Shown here in pieces: positions 28,835 to 39,462 of a DNA stretch of 64,000 bases. Source of the stretch: Acidimicrobiales bacterium (GTDB taxonomy: Bacteria > Actinomycetota > Acidimicrobiia > Acidimicrobiales > CATQHL01). Within the stretch, counting starts at the first letter, position 1, and every line of letters starts with the position of its first letter. The stretch spans positions 1,845,813 to 1,909,812 of the forward strand of contig OZ242194.1 in NCBI GenBank assembly GCA_965206165.1, read 5' to 3'. Made by a program: the position numbers and the translations under genes. The notes beneath the pieces were generated by a model. It had not been told where the DNA came from, did not search any database, and worked only from the letters and a program-made list of their open reading frames with translations.

Positions 28835-29770
28835 GTGACGGAGCCGGCGCCCTCGGGCGCGCCCCCGGACGGCGACGCGCCCCTGCGGCTGCTCACGGTG
28901 CATGCGCACCCCGATGACGAGTCCTCCAAGGGGGCCGCCACCGTTGCCCGCTACGTCGACGAGGGCATCCGGGCCGTGCTGGTGTGCTGCACCGGCGGCG
29001 AGGAGGGGGACATCCTCAACCCGGCTGCCGATCTGCCCGGGGTGCGAGAGCGCCTCGCCGAGGTGCGGCGAGCCGAACTGGACGAGGCGGCGGCGATCAT
29101 CGGCTACCACGAGGTGGTGTGGCTGGGGTACCGCGACTCGGGATACCCCGAATCGCCCGACGCCACCGGCGGGCCGGACGAGGCGGCGGACCTGCCGGCC
29201 GGCTCTTTCGGGGCGGCACCGCTTGACGAGGCGACCGAACGACTGGTCGCCATCCTGCGCGCCGAGCGCCCCCACGTCGTGGTGATCTACCCGGACGACC
29301 AGCAGGGGTACCGCCATCCCGACCACTTGCGCGTGCACGAGGTTGGCCTTGCCGCTTACGAGGCCGCGGGCGAGGCGCGGGCGTTCCCGGCGGCTGGACC
29401 CCCTTGGCGTCCGCCCAAGCTCTACTACTCCCTCTGGTCCAAGGCCCGGATGCTGGCGATACACGAGGCGTTCGGCGAGGAGGGGCTTGAGTCGCCGTAC
29501 GAGCAGTGGTGGTTCGAGCGGCCCTGGCAGGATCACCGCATCACGACGCGGATCGAGGTTGCGAAGTGGTACGACCGGCGCTGCGACGCCCTCCTGGCGC
29601 ACGCCACGCAGGTGGATCCCACCTCACCCTTCTGGTTCGGGCTGCCACGCGAGGTGGCGGCCGAGGCATATCCGCTGGAGGACTACATCCTGGCCGGCTC
29701 CGACGTGCCCACGGAGTTGCCCGAGGACGACCTGTTCGCCGGGCTCCGGGGCGCCTCCGGCGCCGGCTGA
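28835..29770 (+). CDS. mca: Mycothiol S-conjugate amidase (PIG-L deacetylase family)
   Basis: VHAHPDDESSKGAAT, CTGGEEG, LGYRDSG, YRHPDH, ALLAHATQVDP, EDDLFAG. Confidence 0.88.
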   Translation: MTEPAPSGAPPDGDAPLRLLTVHAHPDDESSKGAATVARYVDEGIRAVLVCCTGGEEGDILNPAADLPGVRERLAEVRRAELDEAAAIIGYHEVVWLGYRDSGYPESPDATGGPDEAADLPAGSFGAAPLDEATERLVAILRAERPHVVVIYPDDQQGYRHPDHLRVHEVGLAAYEAAGEARAFPAAGPPWRPPKLYYSLWSKARMLAIHEAFGEEGLESPYEQWWFERPWQDHRITTRIEVAKWYDRRCDALLAHATQVDPTSPFWFGLPREVAAEAYPLEDYILAGSDVPTELPEDDLFAGLRGASGAG

Positions 29771-29784
29771 GGAGCGGCGCGGCA

Positions 29785-30177
29785 GTGGAGCCCTTCCTGA
29801 GCGACGGGTGGCTGAGCGCCGTTCACGCCGCAGCTGCCGTTCTTCCGGAGGTCCCGGGCTGCAGCGTGACCGCCCGCGTGGAGGTCCCCGGCGGACCGGA
29901 CGGGACGCGCCGGTTCGGCGTGGTCATCGTTGACGGGCGACTCGTCGAGTTGAGCCCAGGACGTCTCGCCGAGCCCGACTGCACCGTCTCGTGCGCGGCC
30001 GTCGACGCCCGCGACATCATCGGCGGGTGGCTCGACCCCGCCGTGGCCTACATGCAGGGCCGTCTCAAGATCGACGGCGCCTACGAACGTGTCCTCTTCG
30101 GCCTGCGCCCGCTGCTGGACGGCGAGGCGTTCGGCACCTTCGCCGCCGAGGTGGCGGCTCTCGCCGGCGGGGACTGA
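29785..30177 (+). CDS. SCP2 sterol-binding domain protein
   Basis: FLSDGW N-terminus and LDPAVAYMQGRLKIDG. Confidence 0.78.
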   Translation: MEPFLSDGWLSAVHAAAAVLPEVPGCSVTARVEVPGGPDGTRRFGVVIVDGRLVELSPGRLAEPDCTVSCAAVDARDIIGGWLDPAVAYMQGRLKIDGAYERVLFGLRPLLDGEAFGTFAAEVAALAGGD

Positions 30178-30191
30178 GGCCTCGGGGTCGT

Positions 30192-30698
30192 CTACGTGTA
30201 GGGATCCCCGAAGGGGCTCTGCTCCTGGAACGGGCGCGGCTGGCCGACGAACTGGATCAGCTCGATCGAGATGCCGTCGGGATCCCTGAGGTAGCAGGCC
30301 AGATTTCCCTTGTATTTCCCCCAGGCGCAGCGAACCGGCTCGGGCGAACGGAACTCGGCGCGCCCGCGCATCCGCTCGTAGTCCCTGTAGATGTCGGTGG
30401 TCTCCAGGCAGAGATGGGTGTTCCCGGCGTTGTAGGACTCCATGTCCACGCTGCCTGGCCCGGGGTTGTGGTACTCCAGCATCTCCAGCACGGTGCCGCC
30501 CGGCAGTGACCAGAAGGCGCAGGTCATGTCGCAGTTCTCATACCCCACGATCTGTCCCACGTAGTCGTCGATGTCCGCCGCCAACCACGTGGCCTTCCAG
30601 AACGGCTCGGCCTCGAGGAAGTGGTTCCACCAGGGAATCGACACTTCGAGGTCCTTGACCACGATCCCGATGTGATCGACCGACTTGAATGCTGCCAT
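30192..30698 (-). CDS. VOC/glyoxalase family protein
   Basis: DHIGIVVKDLE, LEMLEY, HLCL, YLRDPDGISIELIQ; GGAGG RBS. Confidence 0.88.
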   Translation of the reverse strand: MAAFKSVDHIGIVVKDLEVSIPWWNHFLEAEPFWKATWLAADIDDYVGQIVGYENCDMTCAFWSLPGGTVLEMLEYHNPGPGSVDMESYNAGNTHLCLETTDIYRDYERMRGRAEFRSPEPVRCAWGKYKGNLACYLRDPDGISIELIQFVGQPRPFQEQSPFGDPYT

Positions 30699-30747
30699 GC
30701 TGTGCCCTCCCAGGTGTTCGCGAGGCCCTGCCCCTGCGGCGCGGCCT

Positions 30748-31017
30748 CTAGGTGCCGTAACGGCGGGTGCCCGGCGCAACCATGCTAGCGAGCGTCTCGA
30801 GCAACTCGCCCGGCTCGGGGAAGCGGTCTGCGCAGGCGTACTTGGAGAAGATCTTCTCGCCGTCGACGCTGACGTCGAAGATGCCGCCGCTGCCGGAGAT
30901 TAGGCGCAGGTCACCGATGACGTGTTGGTAGCCGCCGAGCAGTTCTCGGGCCGCGCTCACGGCGCGGTCGGAATAATCTCAAGGCACGCAGTAGGTGATG
31001 GTGATGTTGTGCTTCAT
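30748..31017 (-). CDS. SelW/SelT/SelH (Rdx) family selenoprotein, CxxU, in-frame UGA at 30979-30981
   Basis: [27 protein letters not shown]...[18 protein letters not shown]...RFPEPGE in one frame; SECIS-like hairpin 11 nt after the UGA. Confidence 0.88.
30951..30967 (-). promoter_or_regulatory. Putative bacterial SECIS element
   Basis: CCGCGC-CGUGA-GCGCGG hairpin starting 11 nt 3' of the UGA. Confidence 0.65.
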
Positions 31018-31130
31018 CGCTTCGCTCTCGCTGGGCCCGGCCAGGACGGCCCCTTGCAGTGGACCCGGTGAGGTCCGGTGCACGGTTGCCGCAACCACCG
31101 CGAGGTTACCGGCGGCGTACGCTCGGCTGT

Positions 31131-32810
31131 ATGAGCGATGATCTGAAACTCCGCAGCCACGACGTGACGAGGGGCCCCGAGCGGGCACCGGCGCGGTCCA
31201 TGCTCCGGGCGGTCGGCATGGGCGACGACGACTGGAGCAAGCCGCAGGTGGGGGTGGCCTCCTCCTGGAACGAGGTCACACCCTGCAACCTGTCGCTGGC
31301 CCGCCTGGCCCGCAGTGCCAAGGAGGGCGTCCGCACCGCGGGCGGGTTCCCCATCGAGTTCAACACCATCGCGGTCAGTGACGCCATCTCCATGGGCCAC
31401 GAGGGCATGCGGGCCTCCCTGGTCAGCCGCGAGATCATTGCCGACTCGGTCGAAGCGGTCATGCACGCCGAGCGGTTCGACGCCTTCGTCAGCTTCGCCG
31501 GCTGCGACAAGTCGCTGCCGGGCATGCTCATGGCCGCGGCCCGGATCAACCTGCCGAGCGTCTTCGTGTACGGCGGTTCCATCATGCCGGGACGCCACCG
31601 CGGCCGCCCGATCGACATCGTCAGCGTGTTCGAGGCCGTGGGCGCCCACGCGGTGGGTGCCATCGACAGCGACGAGCTGGCCGCCATCGAGCGCAACGCC
31701 TGCCCCAGCGAGGGTAGTTGCGCCGGCATGTTCACCGCCAACACGATGGCGTCGGTCGGCGAGGGGTTGGGCATGTCGCTACCGGGCAGCGCCTCGCCGG
31801 CGGCCCCCGACAGCCGCCGTGACGACATCGCCCGTGCCAGCGGCGCCGCGGTGATCGACCTGCTGCGCGCCCGGATCCGGCCCCGGGACATCATGACCAA
31901 GGGCGCCTTCGAGAACGCCATTGCCCTGGTCATGGCCCTCGGCGGCTCCACGAACGCAGTGCTGCACCTGCTGGCCATCGCCTACGAGGCGCGTGTCGAA
32001 CTCGAACTCGACGACTTCAACAAGGTGGCGGCGCGGGTGCCGCACCTTGCCGACACCAAGCCGCACGGCCGCTACCACATGGCCGACATCGACCGCATCG
32101 GCGGTGTGCCCGTGATGATGCGCCTGCTCCTGGAGGAGGGGCTGTTCCACGGCGACGAGGTCACGGTGACGGGACGCACGATGGCCGAGAACCTGGAGGC
32201 CCTGGACCCACCCGCCCCCGACGGCGACGTGATCCACCGCTTCGACGATCCCATCCACGACATCGGTGGCATCGCCGTGCTCACCGGGACGCTGGCGCCG
32301 TCCGGCGCGGTGGTGAAGGTGGCCGGTATCGACGACGACACGTTCGAGGGGCCGGCGAGGGTGTTCGACGGCGAGGACGTCGCCATGGAGGCCGTGCTGG
32401 CCGGGGGGATCCGCCCCGGCGACATCGTCGTCATCCGCTACGAGGGTCCGAAGGGCGGCCCGGGCATGCGCGAGATGCTCGCCATCACCGGCGCCATGAA
32501 GGGGGCCGGGCGGGGCGCCGACGCCGCGCTGGTGACCGATGGCCGCTTCTCCGGCGGCACGCACGGGTTCTGCGTCGGCCACGTGGCGCCCGAGGCGTCC
32601 GACGGTGGACCGATGGCGCTCGTGGCCGAAGGCGACCGCATCCGCATCGACGTGCGCGCTCACAGCATCGATCTGCTGGTGCCGGAGGAGGTTCTGGCCG
32701 AGCGGCTCGCCGACTGGAAGGCCCCGCCGCCTCGCTACACGTCGGGTTTCCTGGCGAAGTACGCCCGGTTGGCGCAGGGAGCCGAGAAGGGTGCCATCAC
32801 CGAGGCCTGA
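31131..32810 (+). CDS. ilvD: Dihydroxy-acid dehydratase
   Basis: [51 protein letters not shown]. Confidence 0.97.
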   Translation: MSDDLKLRSHDVTRGPERAPARSMLRAVGMGDDDWSKPQVGVASSWNEVTPCNLSLARLARSAKEGVRTAGGFPIEFNTIAVSDAISMGHEGMRASLVSREIIADSVEAVMHAERFDAFVSFAGCDKSLPGMLMAAARINLPSVFVYGGSIMPGRHRGRPIDIVSVFEAVGAHAVGAIDSDELAAIERNACPSEGSCAGMFTANTMASVGEGLGMSLPGSASPAAPDSRRDDIARASGAAVIDLLRARIRPRDIMTKGAFENAIALVMALGGSTNAVLHLLAIAYEARVELELDDFNKVAARVPHLADTKPHGRYHMADIDRIGGVPVMMRLLLEEGLFHGDEVTVTGRTMAENLEALDPPAPDGDVIHRFDDPIHDIGGIAVLTGTLAPSGAVVKVAGIDDDTFEGPARVFDGEDVAMEAVLAGGIRPGDIVVIRYEGPKGGPGMREMLAITGAMKGAGRGADAALVTDGRFSGGTHGFCVGHVAPEASDGGPMALVAEGDRIRIDVRAHSIDLLVPEEVLAERLADWKAPPPRYTSGFLAKYARLAQGAEKGAITEA

Positions 32811-32910
32811 ACGGGTTGCCGCCCCGGCCCGGAGGTATACTCGAAGGCGTGATGCAGCGACACCAGGCCCTCGTATCCCGCTGAGCGCGCAGTTCTGCTG
32901 CTCGCTCCCT

Positions 32911-32943
32911 CGACCTCCCCGCCGGGAGGTCGTTGACATTTTG
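32911..32943 (+). terminator. Terminator/attenuator hairpin in ilvB leader
   Basis: Perfect 9-bp stem CGACCTCCC-CGCC-GGGAGGTCG followed by TTGACATTTTG. Confidence 0.55.
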
Positions 32944-33002
32944 CAGGCGGTGCGGGTGCCCTGCGGCAAGCCCCGCAGGATCGACTGGGGAGAAGGTGAA
33001 TC

Positions 33003-34742
33003 ATGAAGATGAATGGCGGGCAGGCCCTGATGCGCAGTCTCGAGCGCCAGGGTGTCGAGATCTTATTCGGGCTGCCGGGCGGGGCGATCCTGCCGGCGTA
33101 CGACCCGCTCATCGACTCAACCATCCGTCACGTCCTGGTCCGTCACGAGCAGGGCGCCGGGCACATGGCGCAGGGCTACGCCCAAGCCACCGGCAAACCC
33201 GGTGTGGCCATGGTGACCAGCGGACCTGGCGCCACCAACATCGTGACCCCGCTCTGCGACGCCTATATGGACTCGGTTCCCCTCGTGGTCATCACCGGGC
33301 AGGTCCCCTATGCCGCCATCGGCACCGACGCCTTCCAGGAGTGCGACACCACCGGCATCACCATGTCGGTCACGAAGCACAACTTCCTGGTGTCGTCGGC
33401 TGAGGAGTTGCCGCAGATCATCCATGACGCCTTCCACATCGCCACGACGGGGCGCCCCGGTCCCGTCCTGGTGGATATCCCGAAGTGCATCGTGGACCCG
33501 CGCAACCCGCGCTCTGCGCTGGAGTGGTACGAGCCCACCGATCACGACCTGCCCGGCTACAACCCGCGCACCGAGCCCGACGCGACGGCGGTGGCCGCGG
33601 CCGCCGAACTGATCTGTGCGGCGCGCCGACCGGTCATCTACTCCGGCGGTGGGATCCTCAAGGCACGTGCGGCCGATGCACTGCTGCGCTTCGCCGAGCT
33701 CGTGCAGATCCCGGTGGTCACGACCCTCATGAACCGCGGCGGGTTTCCCGACGACCACCCGCTGTGCCTGGGCATGCCCGGCATGCACGGCAACTACAGC
33801 GCCGTGACCTCCATGCAGCGCGCCGACCTGCTGATCACGCTCGGGGCCCGCTTCGACGACCGCGTCACGGGCAAGGTGGGTGCCTTTGCACCCGAGGCGA
33901 AGATCATCCACCTGGACATCGACCCGGCGGAGTTGGGCAAGGTGCGCCGGGCGGACGTGGCCATCGCCGCTGACTGCCGTCTGGGGATCGAGGCTCTCAT
34001 TGATGCCGTGAACGCCCTCGGCGGCGCCGATGCACAGGCCGAGCGCCGGCAGTGGCACGACACCATCGCCGACTGGCAGCGGCGCTACCCGCTGGTCTAC
34101 GACTCGAGCGAGGCGGGCGGGCCGCTGAAGCCGCAGTTCGTGCTGGAGCAGTTGCGCGACGCCACGCCCGACGACACGATCGTGTGCTCCGGGGTGGGCC
34201 AGCATCAGATGTGGGCCAGCCAGTACTGGCGCTTCAACCACCCCTACACGTGGATCAACTCCGGTGGCCTCGGCACGATGGGCTACGCGGTGCCGGCAGC
34301 CATCGGCGCCAAGGCCGGGAGGCCCGACCGGATGGTCTGGGCGGTCGACGGCGACGGCTGCTTCCAGATGACGGCGCAGGAACTCGTGACCGCCAACACC
34401 GAACGCATCCCCGTCAAGATCGCGATCCTGAACAACGCCTACCTGGGCATGGTTCGCCAGTGGCAGGAGATGTTCTACGGCGAGCGCTACTCCGAGGTGT
34501 ACCTGTCGCCGGACCTGCCCGACTACAAGGGTTGGGCAGAGGCCATGGGATGCGAGGCCATGCGTATCGAGACCGCCGACGAGGTGCGTCCGGCCATCGA
34601 GAAGGCCAACGAGATCGACGACCGGAGCGTGGTGATCGACTTCCGGATCGACACGACCGAGAAGGTGTTCCCGATGGTGCCGGCAGGCGCCTCCAACGAC
34701 GACATCGTGCTGGACCCGTCCCAGGAACCCCCGCGGTCCTAG
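33003..34742 (+). CDS. ilvB: Acetolactate synthase large subunit
   Basis: GLPGGAILP, RHEQGAGH, TSGPGATN, GMHG, GDGCFQM, LGMVRQWQ. Confidence 0.97.
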   Translation: MKMNGGQALMRSLERQGVEILFGLPGGAILPAYDPLIDSTIRHVLVRHEQGAGHMAQGYAQATGKPGVAMVTSGPGATNIVTPLCDAYMDSVPLVVITGQVPYAAIGTDAFQECDTTGITMSVTKHNFLVSSAEELPQIIHDAFHIATTGRPGPVLVDIPKCIVDPRNPRSALEWYEPTDHDLPGYNPRTEPDATAVAAAAELICAARRPVIYSGGGILKARAADALLRFAELVQIPVVTTLMNRGGFPDDHPLCLGMPGMHGNYSAVTSMQRADLLITLGARFDDRVTGKVGAFAPEAKIIHLDIDPAELGKVRRADVAIAADCRLGIEALIDAVNALGGADAQAERRQWHDTIADWQRRYPLVYDSSEAGGPLKPQFVLEQLRDATPDDTIVCSGVGQHQMWASQYWRFNHPYTWINSGGLGTMGYAVPAAIGAKAGRPDRMVWAVDGDGCFQMTAQELVTANTERIPVKIAILNNAYLGMVRQWQEMFYGERYSEVYLSPDLPDYKGWAEAMGCEAMRIETADEVRPAIEKANEIDDRSVVIDFRIDTTEKVFPMVPAGASNDDIVLDPSQEPPRS

Positions 34743-34771
34743 GCGCGGCGAACGGCACGCAGGGAGAGGTC

Positions 34772-35290
34772 ATGGCCGCTGGAAAGCCCCATCACACCCT
34801 GGTGGTGCTCGTCGAGAACAAGGCGGGCGTGCTGGCCCGTGTGGCCGGCTTGTTCGCCCGGCGAGGGTTCAACATCGAGTCTCTGGCCGTCGCTCCCACC
34901 GACGACCCTCGGATGAGCCGGATCACACTGGCGGTGGATGCCGAGTCGGCTCCGCTCGAGCAGGTCATCAACCAGCTCGACAAACTCATCAACGTCGTGA
35001 ACATCCGCGAGTTGGCGGCGTCGGAGTCCGTCGAGCGGGAGTTGCTCGTCGTCACGGTTGACGCCACCGCCGAGACTCGCGGCCAGATCATGGACCTCGT
35101 GCGGATCTTCGACGGGCGGGTGCTCAACGTGGGGCCCGACAAGCTGATGGTCTCGATGTCCGGCGGGCCGAATCGCGTCGACGACTTCGAGAACCTGCTG
35201 CGGCCCTACGGCATCGTGGAGCTGCAGCGAACGGGCAGGGTCGCCCTGCCCCGCCTCGCCAAGGCCGGTGGCGAGGTCGGCGAATTCTGA
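34772..35290 (+). CDS. ilvN: Acetolactate synthase small (regulatory) subunit
   Basis: LVENKAGVLARVAGLFARRGFNIESL, QLDKLINV, ELQRTG. Confidence 0.95.
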   Translation: MAAGKPHHTLVVLVENKAGVLARVAGLFARRGFNIESLAVAPTDDPRMSRITLAVDAESAPLEQVINQLDKLINVVNIRELAASESVERELLVVTVDATAETRGQIMDLVRIFDGRVLNVGPDKLMVSMSGGPNRVDDFENLLRPYGIVELQRTGRVALPRLAKAGGEVGEF

Positions 35291-35386
35291 GGCCTGTCGC
35301 CCAGGCTCGAGCCGACCACGACGCCGCCCGCACCCGATCTCGACAAACCACCGAACGACGCAGGACCCACAAGGGAAGGAGCCCCG

Positions 35387-36418
35387 ATGGCCGCCACCAT
35401 GTACTACTCCGCGGACGCCGACCGCAGCTTCATCGCCGACCGCAAGGTGGCGATTCTGGGCTACGGATCGCAAGGTCATGCGCACACGTTGAACCTGAAG
35501 GATTCCGGCATTGACGTGCGGGTGGGTCTGCGTGAGGGGTCGGCGTCGGCCACCAAGGCGGCAGAGGCGGGGGTGCGCGTGCTGTCGATGGCCGACGCGG
35601 TCGCCGAGTCCGATCTCGTGATGATGCTGCTGCCCGACACGCGGCAGGGCGAGATCTACACCGAGCACGTGGAGCCGCACCAGGATCCCGGCGACGCGCT
35701 CTACTTCGCGCACGGATTCAACATTCGCTTCAACTGCATCGTGCCCCCGGCGGGAATCGATGTGGCCATGGTGGCGCCGAAGGGTCCCGGACACCTGGTG
35801 CGCCGGACATTCACCGAAGGCGGCGGCGTGCCGTGCCTGATAGCGGTGGAGCAGGACGCTACCGGGCACGCCCGTGAAACGGCCCTGGCCTACGCCGATG
35901 CCATCGGCGGGGCGCAGGCCGGCGTGATCGAGACGACGTTCACCGAGGAGTGCGAGACCGACCTCTTCGGCGAGCAGGTCGTGCTGTGCGGGGGGCTGAC
36001 GGCCCTGACGCAGGCCGCCTTCGAGACCCTCGTGGAGGCGGGTTACCAGCCGGAGGTGGCGTACTTCGAGTGCCTCCACGAGCTGAAGCTGATCGTCGAT
36101 CTGATGTACGAGGAGGGGATCGGGGGCATGCGCTACTCGGTCTCGGACACGGCGGAGTACGGCGACCTGACCCGCGGCCCCCGCGTTGTGGACGACCACG
36201 TACGGGCCACCATGCAAGAGATCCTCGCCGAGGTGCAGTCGGGTGTCTTCGCCGAGGAGTGGATCGCCGAGAGCCGTACCCGGGAGCGCTTCCGGGCTCT
36301 CGAGGCCGCCGGCCGGGAGCACCAGATCGAGCACGTGGGCAGGTCGCTGCGGGCCATGATGCCTTGGATCAGCGCCGGCAAGCAGTCGGTGCAGGAGGCT
36401 TCGGGCGGCCAGGGCTGA
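35387..36418 (+). CDS. ilvC: Ketol-acid reductoisomerase
   Basis: [45 protein letters not shown]. Confidence 0.97.
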   Translation: MAATMYYSADADRSFIADRKVAILGYGSQGHAHTLNLKDSGIDVRVGLREGSASATKAAEAGVRVLSMADAVAESDLVMMLLPDTRQGEIYTEHVEPHQDPGDALYFAHGFNIRFNCIVPPAGIDVAMVAPKGPGHLVRRTFTEGGGVPCLIAVEQDATGHARETALAYADAIGGAQAGVIETTFTEECETDLFGEQVVLCGGLTALTQAAFETLVEAGYQPEVAYFECLHELKLIVDLMYEEGIGGMRYSVSDTAEYGDLTRGPRVVDDHVRATMQEILAEVQSGVFAEEWIAESRTRERFRALEAAGREHQIEHVGRSLRAMMPWISAGKQSVQEASGGQG

Positions 36419-36434
36419 TCGAGCCGCCGACAGG

Positions 36435-38090
36435 ATGGTCCAGCGCAGCGTCATCACCGCTCTCGCCGTCGGTGCGGCGGCGCTGCTCATCGCCGCGTGT
36501 GCAGAACCGGATCTGACTGTCGGAGTCCCCAGCACGACGACGACCACGGCGCTGGCTCCCCGGGTCGTGGATCCGCCGACCGGCCCGGTCGAGGATGCGC
36601 CGGCAACCGCAGGCAGCGGCACCCAGGCGACGTCCGAAGATGCTGCGCCGGAGCCGGACTCGTCGGGGGACCCCGCACCGTCGCCCTCCGGTGACCCGGA
36701 GGCGACCGCATCTCCCGAGTCCCCGGCGGAGCCGTCCGAGGGGTCCGAACCACCGTCGGCGCCGGCCGCCGACGAGTCGCCGCCCTCGCAGCCGGAGCCG
36801 CCTGAACCACCGCCGGCTCCCGCGCCCGGCGTCGAGATCCCGGGCCTGACCGCCGAGACCCTACGGGTCGGCGTCATCGCCGACGTGGAGACCGGGGGAG
36901 TAGCGGACGGCCGTTCCCGCTCGGTGCACAGCGCCATGCAGGCTTGGGCGGAGGCGGTCAACGCCGCTGGCGGCCTGGCCGGACGCACCGTCGAGGTGGT
37001 GACGCTGGACGCCGGTCTGTTCGGCCACGAGGCCACGCTGGCCGAGGCCTGCGCCGGGGACATCTTCGCCCTCGTGGGAGGCGACGCGCTGTTCGACGAT
37101 GAGGGTGTCGAGCTGCTGCGAGAGCCCGGCTGTGATCTGGCGGACTTCCCGGCGCTGGTGCATTCGCCCCAGCGCGCAGCCGCGCCGCGCACCTTCCAAG
37201 CGGCGCCGTTGTCCAACGAGGTCGTCGACGTGGGCGCCCTTCGTTGGGTGGCCGATCGCCAGCCGGTGCGGATCCGTTCGACGGGCACGTTCTTCGTGGA
37301 CTTCCCCGTCACGGTCATTGCCACAGAGCGGCTCGTCGAGGCGGCCCGCGGTCTTGGATTCGAACTGATCTACGACCCGTCGGTGGTGATCGGCGACAAC
37401 CTCGACCCCTACGTGGAGGGCATGATCGACGCCGGCGTCCATCACCTGCTGTGGGAGGGCGACACCCAACGTCTCGTGGAGCTGCTGGCGTCGGCTTCCG
37501 CGGCCGGTCTGGCCGTCGGCGTGAACTGCGGCTCGGCCTGCCACAGCGCTCTGTTCCTGGAGTCGGCCCGCGAGACCGCCGACGGTGTGCTGATCTGGAG
37601 CCGTTACCTCCCGCTTCGGGAGGAGGACCACAGCCCCGAACTCGCCGCCTACCGCCAGTGGCTGGCGGTTGTCGACCCCGAGGCGACCCCGGACCTGCAG
37701 GGTGTGGCCGCCTGGTCGGCCGGGCGGCTGTTCGAGGAGGCGGTGCGGCGGGCCATCGGCGCCGGCACACCGGAGGAGGATCCAGCCGTTCTCACTCGGG
37801 CGGCTGTCGCCGCCGCGGCATCGCGGATCGTGAACTGGCACGGCCACGGCCTGCACGGCCCCAGCAATCCGGGTCCCGGAGATCCCACGCCGTGCGGCGT
37901 CGTCATGGGGGTCTCCGGTGGGGAACTGTTCCGGTTCCACCCCATCGAGCCGGGCACGTTCGACTGCTCGCCGGAGAATCTGTTCGATCTCGAGGCGACC
38001 GCACAGCTCGGGCTCGACCTCCCCGCCGAGCCCGGCTCCAGCGAGGCGCCCTCTTCCTCCTCGGAATCAGAGGAGACCGGCGAGGGCTGA
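36435..38090 (+). CDS. ABC-type branched-chain amino acid-binding family lipoprotein with Pro-rich linker
   Basis: Lipobox LIAAC; GLTAETLRVGVIAD and VNAAGGLAGRTVEV. Confidence 0.75.
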   Translation: MVQRSVITALAVGAAALLIAACAEPDLTVGVPSTTTTTALAPRVVDPPTGPVEDAPATAGSGTQATSEDAAPEPDSSGDPAPSPSGDPEATASPESPAEPSEGSEPPSAPAADESPPSQPEPPEPPPAPAPGVEIPGLTAETLRVGVIADVETGGVADGRSRSVHSAMQAWAEAVNAAGGLAGRTVEVVTLDAGLFGHEATLAEACAGDIFALVGGDALFDDEGVELLREPGCDLADFPALVHSPQRAAAPRTFQAAPLSNEVVDVGALRWVADRQPVRIRSTGTFFVDFPVTVIATERLVEAARGLGFELIYDPSVVIGDNLDPYVEGMIDAGVHHLLWEGDTQRLVELLASASAAGLAVGVNCGSACHSALFLESARETADGVLIWSRYLPLREEDHSPELAAYRQWLAVVDPEATPDLQGVAAWSAGRLFEEAVRRAIGAGTPEEDPAVLTRAAVAAAASRIVNWHGHGLHGPSNPGPGDPTPCGVVMGVSGGELFRFHPIEPGTFDCSPENLFDLEATAQLGLDLPAEPGSSEAPSSSSESEETGEG

Positions 38091-38111
38091 GAATCGGCCG
38101 GTTGGCGCGGC

Positions 38112-39320
38112 TCAGCCGAGTCGCTGCACGATCATCGCGACGCCCTGGCCGCCGCCCACGCACATGGTCTCCAGGCCGACCTCGCCGTCGGCATCCTCGA
38201 GCCCGTTCAGCAGCGTGCCCATGATGCGGCTGCCGGTCATGCCGAAGGGATGGCCGAGGGCGATGGCGCCGCCGTTGGGGTTCAGCTTGTCCCAGCCGAT
38301 GCCCAGCTCGTCCGCTGAGGCGATCACCTGTGCGGCGAAGGCCTCGTTGATCTCGACCTGGTCGATGTCGTCGATCGTCATACCGGCGCGTGACAGTGCC
38401 TGGCGGACGGCGCCCACGGGGCCGAGGCCCATGATCTCGGGGTCCAGCGCAGAGACGCCGCTGGACACGATGCGTGCGAGCGGGGTCACGCCCAGTTCGG
38501 CGGCGCGCTCAGCGCTCGTCACCACGACCGCGGCGGCGCCGTCGTTCAGGGGGCAGCAATTGCCGGCCGTCACCGTCCCGTCGGGGCGGAACGCCGGCAG
38601 CAGGTCGGCGAGGCGCGCCAACGTCGTTCCCGAGCGGATGCCGTCGTCGTTCTGCACCAACCTCCCGTCCTTGAGCGGGTAGGGGGTGATCTCCCGCTCG
38701 AAGAAGCCGCGGTCGCGGGCCGCTTCGGCGCGATTCTGCGACAGGCACGCGAACTCGTCCTGCCGCTGGCGGGAGACTCCCTTGAAGTCGGCCACGTTCT
38801 CAGCGGTCTGGCCCATGGCGATGTAGATGTCCGGGAGGCCGTCCGGCAGAGGCCAGTCGCCCTTCCCGCCACCGGAGCGGGTGGCGCTGCGGGTCTCGGC
38901 CTCGGCGAACCGCTGGTTGTGCGTGTTCGGCATCTCGTCGGCCATGCCTGCGCCGTAGCGGCTGATGGTCTCCACCCCGCCGGCCACGAAGCAGTCCCCC
39001 TCGCCGGCGGCAATGGCGTGGGCGGCCATCCGGATTGTCTGGAGCGACGACGAGCAGTAGCGGTTGACCGTCACGCCCGGGGCCTGCAGCCCGGCGAGCA
39101 GCCCGGCCACGCGGGCGATGTTGTAGCCGGCCTCACCGGCGGGCTGGCCGCAGCCCCAGATCACATCCTCCACCGTGGCGGGGTCCACAGCGGGCACCTT
39201 CGACAGCACGTCGTCGATGACGAAGGCCGACATCTCGTCGGGTCGGATGTCGACGAGTGAACCCTTGAAGGCCCGGCCGATCGGCGTGCGGGAGGTGGCG
39301 AGTATGACGGCTTCGCGCAT
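38112..39320 (-). CDS. Acetyl-CoA C-acyltransferase (thiolase)
   Basis: NRYCSSS, TAGNCCPLNDGA, EINEAFA, GAIALGHP, CVGGGQG. Confidence 0.95.
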   Translation of the reverse strand: MREAVILATSRTPIGRAFKGSLVDIRPDEMSAFVIDDVLSKVPAVDPATVEDVIWGCGQPAGEAGYNIARVAGLLAGLQAPGVTVNRYCSSSLQTIRMAAHAIAAGEGDCFVAGGVETISRYGAGMADEMPNTHNQRFAEAETRSATRSGGGKGDWPLPDGLPDIYIAMGQTAENVADFKGVSRQRQDEFACLSQNRAEAARDRGFFEREITPYPLKDGRLVQNDDGIRSGTTLARLADLLPAFRPDGTVTAGNCCPLNDGAAAVVVTSAERAAELGVTPLARIVSSGVSALDPEIMGLGPVGAVRQALSRAGMTIDDIDQVEINEAFAAQVIASADELGIGWDKLNPNGGAIALGHPFGMTGSRIMGTLLNGLEDADGEVGLETMCVGGGQGVAMIVQRLG

Positions 39321-39462
39321 GGCGGCCTCCTGGTCAGGGATCGTTGAGTGGCCCGGCGGGCAGAGTCCATTCTCGGGCTGTCAGGGTAACGGTCGCCCTC
39401 CCACCGGCACGTTCAGGCGCGATCAACGCATGGGAGCGCCTCCGGCAGGCGGGCAGCGACGC

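Noticed and set aside
34739-37324. 861-aa antisense ORF (and similar long ones such as 3128-4603, 15238-17040, 27409-28941, 42026-43573)
   Set aside because: Shadow ORFs of real genes caused by high-GC codon bias; no recognisable motifs.
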